37,767 nucleotides of DNA from a bacterium (GTDB taxonomy: Bacteria; SZUA-182; DTGQ01; JAFGSM01): positions 1 through 37,767 of the forward strand of contig JBLIRO010000047.1 in assembly GCA_049472335.1 (NCBI GenBank). Reading direction: 5' to 3'. This document shows, piece after piece, positions 20,569 to 28,600 of the stretch; the stretch's first letter is position 1, and each line of letters starts with the position of its first letter. The position numbers and the translations under genes are program-made. The notes below the pieces were generated by a model. That model saw only the letters and a program-made list of their open reading frames with translations, ran no database searches and was not told the origin of the DNA.

Positions 20569-20675
20569 TCCCGGGAAACAACCTCTTTCTCTTAATTCCA
20601 AAAGATGATATTTTGGGCAATAAAAGGACTTGTAGACATAATTCACGGATAAAACATTTTTCTCAGAGAGGCGTC

Positions 20676-21581
20676 ATGGAATTATTATTTCAACAGTTGA
20701 CCAATGGCTTAGTTGTAGGCGGCATTTATGCATTAATCGCTCTGGGTTACACAATGGTATACGGTGTGCTGAAACTGATAAATTTTGCGCACGGTGAACT
20801 CTTTACAATTGGCGCCTATCTTGGTTTGACTTTACTGACTTCCATGAGCCTGACGACACATGTCGGCGCTTTTTTGGGTATTTTGATCCTGGCATTCATG
20901 GTGATGGGATTACTCGGGATTATAGGAATACTCCTGGATCAGGCCGCCTACAGGCCTCTCAGAGAATCACCCAGGCTCTCTGCCGTGGTTTCAGCCCTGG
21001 GGGCATCCATCTTCTTCCAGAATGCCATTATGTTGATCTATGGCGCACGGTTTCAGGTTTATCCCCAGAATATCCTTCCCAAAATCGCTGTTACGGTGTT
21101 TGGTCTAAACATTCCACTCATGCGTATCCTGATTTTAACCACCTCTCTCATATTAATGGCCGCCCTGTATATCTTCATCCATAAAACAAAAATCGGCGCC
21201 GCCATACGGGCCGTTGCCATTGATCAGGTTGCTGCCCGCCTGATGGGCATCCATGTAAACCGGGTGATTATGATTGTTTTCTTTGTGGGTGCGGCATTAG
21301 GAGGAGCGGCAGGCTTGATGGTAGGACTCTATTATGGACAAATTAATTTTACCATGGGATGGCTCTACGGACTCAAGGCCTTTACCGCTGCCATCCTTGG
21401 GGGAATCGGCAATATCCCGGGTGCCATGGTGGGAGGCGTCCTGCTGGGCGTCATTGAAGCGCTTGGGGCGGCATATATATCAATCGCATGGAAGGATGCT
21501 ATTGTATTTTTTGTTCTGATCCTCATTCTGATTGTTCGACCTACAGGGCTTTTGGGTGAGCGGGTCGCTGAGAAGATATAA
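20676..21581 (+). CDS. livH: Branched-chain amino acid ABC transporter permease
   Basis: QQLTNGL..GGIYALIALGYTMVYGVLKLINFAHG, KAFTAAILGGIGN, RPTGLLG; ATG 20676 after GAGG. Confidence 0.95.
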   Translation: MELLFQQLTNGLVVGGIYALIALGYTMVYGVLKLINFAHGELFTIGAYLGLTLLTSMSLTTHVGAFLGILILAFMVMGLLGIIGILLDQAAYRPLRESPRLSAVVSALGASIFFQNAIMLIYGARFQVYPQNILPKIAVTVFGLNIPLMRILILTTSLILMAALYIFIHKTKIGAAIRAVAIDQVAARLMGIHVNRVIMIVFFVGAALGGAAGLMVGLYYGQINFTMGWLYGLKAFTAAILGGIGNIPGAMVGGVLLGVIEALGAAYISIAWKDAIVFFVLILILIVRPTGLLGERVAEKI

Positions 21582-21662
21582 GTGAAAAGATTCATCCCTT
21601 ATAGTATATTTACAGCCATTTTGTTTATCAAATCCCGGTTTTTTTCTTTCCCAAAATTTTAA
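21582..21662 (+). pseudogene. Probable N-terminal stub of livM (operon truncated)
   Basis: GTG directly after the livH stop gives MKRFIPYSIFTAILFI..., stopping after 26 aa at the position where livM normally begins. Confidence 0.4.
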
Positions 21663-21841
21663 TCACTCAACAATCTTCTTGATTTATATTAATAAAGTTG
21701 TTAAATTCATAATATGGGACACGATATCTCTCAAACTTCAGTTTATAAAATTAATATTTGGGGAGACGTTAAAAGTCAGCCCCGGGAGCATCGAGTTCAA
21801 ATGAATTCAAAAGAGAAAAGAGAAAATAAAAATTTCTTTTG

Positions 21842-21861
21842 TTTTTCGTCTATTAAGATAA
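21842..21861 (+). repeat. Conserved leader element, copy 1 (copy 2 at 24685-24704)
   Basis: Identical 20-mer TTTTTCGTCTATTAAGATAA with further flanking similarity (CAAATAT...TCAGGA.AAA.AATG). Confidence 0.8.
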
Positions 21862-22248
21862 GAGGTGAATCAAATATCCGGAGAATCAGGACAAAAAAAT
21901 GAGAAAAGTATATCTATCTATATTAAAAGCACAAATTTCCACTGTTTTCTGACACTGATCCTGTTTATTCTCATCTCAATTTTCTTTGATAAATCATTTA
22001 CAAACGCTCAAAATAATCCGGACAATTTTCGATTTTCCTCTTGAATATATTGTGAATTACTAATATTTCCTTACTTTAAAATAAAATAGAACCTTTACTT
22101 ATTTGTTGATTTTTTTGCACTTTAAAAAAGGATTTGTTGATCGGGTTATAATCCTGGATTCAATCCCTATTGCGATAATTGTTTCTATCCTTATTGGTTA
22201 AATAGGACTTATAAGGAGTTATAGAATTCAAGCGGAGGTATGGGAGAA

Positions 22249-22932
22249 ATGAAAAATATGCTTTTCATCATGGCTTTAATTTTAGCAGTGGTTCTTACTT
22301 TTACTCTCTTTTCTGAAAATAAAACCGAAGCTTATTATGGCGGTTACGGATATGGTCAGCCATATTATAGCGGATACGGATATGGTCCACCATATGGTGG
22401 CTATGGATACGGTCAACCATACGTCGGATATGGATATAGCACATACGGCGGCGGTATCTATGGCGGCTATGGTGGATATGGAGGCTACTATGGCTATGCC
22501 GGTTTAGATGTTCTTGGCACTGAAAGAGGCATTATAATTGTTCCGGCTAGAATGGGCGAGCCTAATCCCCAAGTTCCGGTTGATGTATCTGGAGGCTCAT
22601 CCCCTGAGTTCAATCCCCCTCAAAATCAAACACAGCCTGCACCGGTGAACATCTTCCCGCCTCCTGTAGCTTCAGTGAGAACAGGTCAAATAACATATCC
22701 TGTTCCCGTTGCTTATCCCCAACAGGGAATTATGCCTCCACCAGGGACCGGTATGGCAACATATCCGGTTTATCCTCCGGGGCCTGGGCCATTATGGCCT
22801 GATTTTTCAGTTATACCTTCATCACCACCCATGCGTCCACAGCCGCCCTTTCCTCCCCACCCTTACTGGCCCATTTTTTATCCTATGGTTCCCTATCTTA
22901 TTCCCCCTTGGTGCATCCTGATACCGTGGTAA
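22249..22932 (+). CDS. Secreted Gly/Tyr-rich, Pro-rich protein, paralog 1
   Basis: Signal peptide ending NKTEA-Y; GYGYGQPY repeats; GIIIVPAR motif; C-terminal FPPHPYWP...ILIPW. Confidence 0.85.
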   Translation: MKNMLFIMALILAVVLTFTLFSENKTEAYYGGYGYGQPYYSGYGYGPPYGGYGYGQPYVGYGYSTYGGGIYGGYGGYGGYYGYAGLDVLGTERGIIIVPARMGEPNPQVPVDVSGGSSPEFNPPQNQTQPAPVNIFPPPVASVRTGQITYPVPVAYPQQGIMPPPGTGMATYPVYPPGPGPLWPDFSVIPSSPPMRPQPPFPPHPYWPIFYPMVPYLIPPWCILIPW

Positions 22933-23080
22933 GCGTTGAGGAAGGCTTTATGACAAGATCTCATGCCTTAAGTTACTGAATTAATAAGATTTTCTTGATA
23001 TTGGATGGTGTAAAATCAGACATAAGGAGAAGAAACAGAACAAAAATAGGGATAGAAGTAGATGTTAAGCAAAAAGGAGG
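22929..23080 (+). repeat. Intergenic repeat unit, copy 1
   Basis: Alignable with 23803-23965, 24517-24543 and 25485-25650 (AGGCTTT...CATG..TT.AGTTA...AAAATCA...AGAAG.AACA...GATGTTA). Confidence 0.85.
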
Positions 23081-23089
23081 ATTTTAGAA

Positions 23090-23806
23090 ATGAAAAAGGG
23101 GTTATTTATTATAGCCTTAATTTTAGCAATGGTTCTGATGTTAACTCCCTTTCCCGGAAATAAAGCCGAAGCTTATTATAACAGCACAAGTACATACACT
23201 GGCTTCCCAGGCAACTACAATACATACACGGGCTTATCCGGCAGTTATTTTACATCAGGAGGCCTCTATGGCGGATATGCTTCATACGGCAGCCTCTCTG
23301 GTGGCTATGCTTCTTATGGCGGTCTCTATGGCGGTTACGGCGGCATATATGGTATGGGCCTCTATGGCGCTGGGTGGAATCCTGTAAGCAGTGGAGGAGG
23401 TTTTATGATGCTTCCGGCAAGAGTATATGAGCCAAGTTACACGGTTTCAGATAATGGATTGGGAAGTTCCCCCCCCGTATCCAATTCCCCTCAAAATCTA
23501 ACACAGCCCGGATTGACAAGTATCTTCCAGTTTCCTTTGCCTATAATGGGGACAGGCCAAATCACATATACGGGTTACATTGCATATCCGCAACCGTGGA
23601 CTCTGCCTGCACTTGGGGCCGACCCAGCCGCTTATCTGGTTTATCCCAAGGGTCCTGAATGGTCATGGTCCGGCTTTCCAGCCATTCCTTCATTATTACC
23701 CGTGTTCCCGCAGATACCGGACTTTCCTCCCAATCCTTACTGGCCCGATGTTTATTCTATGGATACATATATCATTCCTTCCGGCAACATCCAGATACCG
23801 AGGTGA
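23090..23806 (+). CDS. Secreted Gly/Tyr-rich, Pro-rich protein, paralog 2
   Basis: MKKGLFIIALILA...FPGNKAEA-YY; GGLYGGYASY repeats; PDFPPNPYWPDVY; SD AAGGAGG. Confidence 0.88.
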   Translation: MKKGLFIIALILAMVLMLTPFPGNKAEAYYNSTSTYTGFPGNYNTYTGLSGSYFTSGGLYGGYASYGSLSGGYASYGGLYGGYGGIYGMGLYGAGWNPVSSGGGFMMLPARVYEPSYTVSDNGLGSSPPVSNSPQNLTQPGLTSIFQFPLPIMGTGQITYTGYIAYPQPWTLPALGADPAAYLVYPKGPEWSWSGFPAIPSLLPVFPQIPDFPPNPYWPDVYSMDTYIIPSGNIQIPR

Positions 23807-23965
23807 GCATTGAAGGAGGCTTTGTGGCAAAATGCCATGTCTTAAGTTATTAAATTGATGAGGATTGTTAATATTTTATTAAAATCAATCCTAAACAGAA
23901 GTAACAAAAGAGAATAGGGACAGATGAGGATGTTAGGTAAAAAAGGAGGAATTTATAAAAAAGTT
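23803..23965 (+). repeat. Intergenic repeat unit, copy 2
   Basis: Homologous to copies 1 and 4; ends in ATGTTAGGTAAAAAAGGAGGAATTTATAAAAAAGT. Confidence 0.85.
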
Positions 23966-23974
23966 AAGGGTGAA

Positions 23975-24520
23975 ATGCAAAAGGGGCTTTTAAGTATTGC
24001 TTTAATTTTGATATTGGATCTGACTCTAATCTTCTTTCCCGGCAATAAAATCGAGACTTATTTTGGCGGCTTCGGTTTATATGGCGGCTTAGGCGGCCTA
24101 TATGGCGGCCTTGGTTTATATGGTGGGCTCGGTCCTTTGAGTACTGTAAGAGGGATCATATATGCTCCGATTTATGAAGGTATTGAATTGAGATATTATG
24201 GCTCTGAGCCAAGTATTATTCCTATCCTGCCTTCAGAACCGGAAATTTTGTTCCCTGAATGCAGTTTCATCCAAAATTCACAATGGGTCGGACTATTAAA
24301 TACCTTCCCGGCTTTTATGCCTTCATTTGATGCTGCCCCCACCACATATCCGCTTTATCCATTAGGGTCTGAGCTGCCATGGTTTGACTTGCAAGCCGAA
24401 CTTTTATCAACATTTGTATTCCCAAAGACTGCGGACTTTCCTCCCAATCCTTACCGGCCTGATGTTTATTCTAGGTTTCCCTATCCCACTTTCCCTGCCA
24501 ACATCCTGATTCCATGGTGA
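23975..24520 (+). CDS. Secreted Gly/Tyr-rich, Pro-rich protein, paralog 3
   Basis: MQKGLLSIALIL...FPGNKIET-YF; GLYGGL x3; RGIIYAP; DFPPNPYRPDVY...ILIPW. Start chosen by alignment with the paralogs. Confidence 0.82.
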   Translation: MQKGLLSIALILILDLTLIFFPGNKIETYFGGFGLYGGLGGLYGGLGLYGGLGPLSTVRGIIYAPIYEGIELRYYGSEPSIIPILPSEPEILFPECSFIQNSQWVGLLNTFPAFMPSFDAAPTTYPLYPLGSELPWFDLQAELLSTFVFPKTADFPPNPYRPDVYSRFPYPTFPANILIPW

Positions 24521-24684
24521 GTATTGAAGGAGGCTTTATGGTAATTTATTTTCGATTCAAACTTTTTCTGTCACATTATGTTTTGAATGAAATAACTTAT
24601 CAAATCAAAAAGAAGCATTCCTATTATTGCTAAGTTTTTAAGCATAAAGAGCGACTGAAAAAAAGAGCAGGGAAAATTAAGAAT

Positions 24685-24704
24685 TTTTTCGTCTATTAAG
24701 ATAA
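24685..24704 (+). repeat. Conserved leader element, copy 2
   Basis: Identical to 21842-21861. Confidence 0.8.
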
Positions 24705-24986
24705 AGCCAGACAAATATGACGAGGAGTCAGGATAAAGAATGGCGAAAAGGCCCATATATAGGACTAAAGAGGATTTTGGTTTTAAAATAATTAAAACAT
24801 TATCTTAGAATTAATAATATTAAAATGGTTTTGCAAAATAGAAAATTTTTTCATTTCAATCGAGAGAGGGAAATTCTTTTACTATTTCTTTATTATAAGA
24901 TTTATTGTTGTTAAAGCACCTTTAAAGACAGTTAAGAGCTATTTTGCAAAAGCTATTAAAATTCAACTAATGGAGGTGCGGGAGAA

Positions 24987-25466
24987 ATGAAAAAAGAATT
25001 TTTGATCATATATTTAATTTTAGCAATAATTCTGACGCTAACTAGCTTTCCCGGAAATAAAGCCGAAGCTGGTTATTATGTTGATTACCTCCCAGAGGAT
25101 TCCAGCCCCCCCCCTACCTATAATAATGGAATAATTAGGCTCCCCACTCCAAACGGCTTTATATATTTTGAGACTAAAAGAGATGTTCCTAACTCTACGA
25201 TTTTAGATCCTGGATCGGGAGATTTACCCTCTGAATCCGATCCTGTGCAGAACACTTCAGAACGAATAAAGGTAAATATCTTCCCGGATATTATGTCTCG
25301 GACTGACTTCATCCTATATTCGGCTTTTTCTAATGCTCCTGAGTGGTTATGGCCTAACTTTACAACTATACCTTCGTTATCCTTCATGTTAGTATGGACG
25401 CCTGACTTTTCTGCCGACCAGTACTGGCTTGATGTTTATCCTACGATTCTCTTCTACTTTCCCTGA
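24987..25466 (+). CDS. Secreted paralog 4 (Gly/Tyr tract nearly absent)
   Basis: MKKEFLII...FPGNKAEA-GYY; NGIIRLP; PEWLWPNF; PDF...YWLDVY; same GGAGGT..GGGAGAAATG start context as paralog 1. Confidence 0.8.
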   Translation: MKKEFLIIYLILAIILTLTSFPGNKAEAGYYVDYLPEDSSPPPTYNNGIIRLPTPNGFIYFETKRDVPNSTILDPGSGDLPSESDPVQNTSERIKVNIFPDIMSRTDFILYSAFSNAPEWLWPNFTTIPSLSFMLVWTPDFSADQYWLDVYPTILFYFP

Positions 25467-25484
25467 CAGTACCTCGATACCAAA

Positions 25485-25650
25485 GAGAGCATTAAAGGAG
25501 GCTTTATACCAAAATGTCATGTTTTCAGTTATTATATTAATAGGGATTGAAAATATTTGACAGTGCAAAATCAGTCCTGAAGAGAAGTAACAAAAGAGAA
25601 TGGGGAGAGAAGAAGATGTTAAGTAAAAAAAGAGGATTCTATAAAAAAGT
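25485..25650 (+). repeat. Intergenic repeat unit, copy 4 (overlaps the start of the giant gene)
   Basis: Homologous to copies 1 and 2; includes ATG 25616 and the first ~12 codons. Confidence 0.85.
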
Positions 25651-28600
25651 ATTTTGTTTACTGGTATTTCTCTATCTTTCTATTATTCTTTTTTCCTTTA
25701 ACTGTTACGGGAAGGATAAAATCAATCTGGACCTGTTAGGTAAATGGGAAGGCGGTTATTCTTTTTATTGCGCGGAAATCATCCAGGATATGGCAGTTGT
25801 AGGAAGTCCTGTTTATGCATTTTGTGGAACCAATAAAGGATTATTGATTCTAAATATAACTGACCCTAATAATCCCGATACAATTGGATCACTCGATATT
25901 GGCAATGTAGACGATATTGCTATCTTCAAAGCAAACAGTAATTCTTACAATTATGCGGCCCTGGCCAATGGCACAAATGGCCTTGTGATTGTTGATATAT
26001 CGGACATAACTAATCCTTTCTATGCCGGAGGATTTGACACTCAGGGGATCTCCTATAATGTTGTCGTCTCGGAAAACTATGCTTATATGAGTGATTGGGA
26101 TAAGGGCCTTATAATTATTGATATATCAAACCCGACTAAGCCCGTATACACAGGAGGATATGACACAAAAGGGTGGGCGAGTGATGTGGTTATTTCCGGA
26201 AACTATGCTTATGTAAGTGATTCAGAAAAGGGTCTTGCAATTATTGATATATCAAACCCGCAAATACCTGTTTATACAGGTGGGTGCGACACGGAAGGAG
26301 TCGCCCAGGGTGTTGCCTTCTTCGGAGATTACGCGTTTGTGGCAGATGGAGAAAATGGTTTGGTGATCATCGAAATAACAGATCCGGCTAAACCTGCTTA
26401 TAGAGGGAAATATGACACCCAGGGAAACGTCAGAAGTGTAACTATCAGTGGCAACTTTGCCCATATAGCTGATTCGCAAAAAGGCTTTGTAATTGTCGAT
26501 TTATCAGATCCAATAAATCCTGTTTACGCAGGAGGGTACAGAACAGAAGGGTTGCCGGAAATTGTTACCGTTTTTGGGAGCTATGCCTGTGTAGCTGATT
26601 GGGAAAAAGGTCTTTTTATTATAGACATATCCAAATTAAAAATCCCTTCCTGTGTGGGGCAGTATGACACATTTTATGCCTGCGGTTTAGCCATTAACGA
26701 AGACCTTGTTTATGTGGCAGACGGAGAAAACGGACTTGTCATTATCAACGTCTCTGATCCGAATACCCCTTCTTATACAGGTAAATATAATACACAAGGA
26801 TATGCCTGGGGCGTTGCCGTATCAGGAAGCTACGCCTTCGTTGCTGATGGAGATAACGGCCTTGTTGTTATCGATATTACAAATCCGGGGTCTCCTTCAT
26901 ATAAAGGCGGGTACAATACACAAGGAAAGGCTCTTGGCGTTGCCGTATCAGGAAGCCATGCCTTCGTTGCTGATGGAGATAACGGCCTTGTGATTGTTGA
27001 TATTACAAATCCGGGCATTCCTTTCCGCGCCGGCCGGTATAACACACAAGGAGAAGCCCGTGGCGTTGCAATATCAGGAAGCTACGCCTATGTTGCTGAC
27101 GGAGAAAACGGTCTTGTCGTTATAAAGATTTCTAACCCGACCAGCCCCTCCTATGAAGGCAAGTATGATTACTTCCAGGGCAATGCAGAGGATGTCTCCA
27201 TCTTAGACAACTATGCCTATGTCGCATATAGTGAGAATGGTCTTGTTGTAATCGATATATCCGAGCCTAATGATCCTTCTTACATAGGCTGGTATAACAC
27301 GCAAGGGTATGCCCGTGGTATTGCCATGTCCAAAGATTATGCCTATATCGCGGACGGAGAAAATGGCCTGGTGGTTGTTGATATTACAGATCCTGATCCA
27401 AGGGGATATGCATACGCAGGTGGGTATAATACACAGGGGGATGCCGGTGATGTTGCCATATCAGGAAACTATGCCTATATTGCCGACGGGGAGAATGGCC
27501 TGGTGATTATAGATGTCACCGACACAACGGACAATGCCCTCTCCGGAAGGGTTGACACATATGGATTGGCGATGAGTGTTGCCGTATCCGGAGACTATGC
27601 CTATATAGCTTATGGAGAAAGTGGTCTTGTAATTTTAGACATTTCTTATCCGGATATCCCTGTCTTTGCAGGAAGATGCGACACAAATGACGCCTACAGG
27701 GTTACTCTCTCCGGAAATTACGCCTATGTAGCTGATTGGGAAAAAGGTCTTTTGATTATTGATGTATCAAATCCCGAAGATCCCATATATACAGGTGGGT
27801 ATAAGATGAAAGGTTATACTTACGCTGTTGCCGTGTCCGGAAACTATGCCTTTGTGGTTTCCGGTAGTGCCGGCCTTACGGTTATAGACATAAGCGATCC
27901 CAATGCCCCTTTTTATGCAGGGAAATATGACGCCAATGGATATGCTTATAATATTGCCATCTCTGATAATAATAAATATGCCTACGTGGCTGATTGGGAT
28001 AACGGACTTGAGATCCTGAACATTACCACACCGGCCGCACCATCCTTAGTAGGAAGATTTGAGATACAAGATGAAGCACAGGCTGTTGCCATATCCGGAG
28101 ATTATGCCTTTGTGGCTTATGGTGATATTGACATAACTAGACATCCTGGTGGTCTTAAAATCATTGATATCTCTGTTCCAACAGCGCCATCCTATGTAGG
28201 TGAATATCAAACCCCATTTGCCTATGATGCTTCCGTCTCGGGCACCTACATTTATATTGCCGATGCGAGCATAGGCATCGTTGCCCTCGATATCAGCAAT
28301 CCGGCTTTTCCTGTCTATGCAGGGGCATTTGACAAAGAGATACCTTTCAGTGTTTTTGTCTCCGGAAGCTATGCTTATGTAACAACCATCGGGGTTAAAG
28401 ATACTAAAGGATTTAGCATTATAAAAATTATAGACAGCCCGCTTCCCCAGGGTAATAGTATCATCTGCGCCACCGGCCCGGCCTCTGCTGACAATCCTCT
28501 TTGGCCTCCGTCGGAGAGACTTGCGAACCTTGCCTGCGCAACCTTTCTGAATCAAAATTACACACATTCCTTTATCTACTACCTTAATCCAAAACCACAT

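Noticed and set aside
21714..21902. 62-aa ORF upstream of the paralog array
   Set aside because: No SD, and it overlaps the duplicated non-coding leader whose second copy does not keep the frame.
22249..25466. RiPP precursor cluster
   Set aside because: The proteins have Sec-type signal peptides and are 159-238 aa, and no radical SAM, YcaO, lanthipeptide or peptidase-transporter genes are nearby.
25547..25615. Extended N-terminus (TTG 25547) of the giant gene
   Set aside because: The segment is part of the repeated spacer; ATG 25616 has a GGGGAG SD and gives a normal signal peptide.
22929..25650. Repeated spacers as a CRISPR array or attC cassette array
   Set aside because: The repeats are ~150 bp, divergent, not palindromic, lack RYYYAAC/GTTRRRY ends and separate paralogous genes; there are no cas genes.
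26789..27166. Diversity-generating retroelement TR/VR pair
   Set aside because: Copies are in-frame tandem protein repeats, differences are not adenine-specific, and no reverse transcriptase is in the window.
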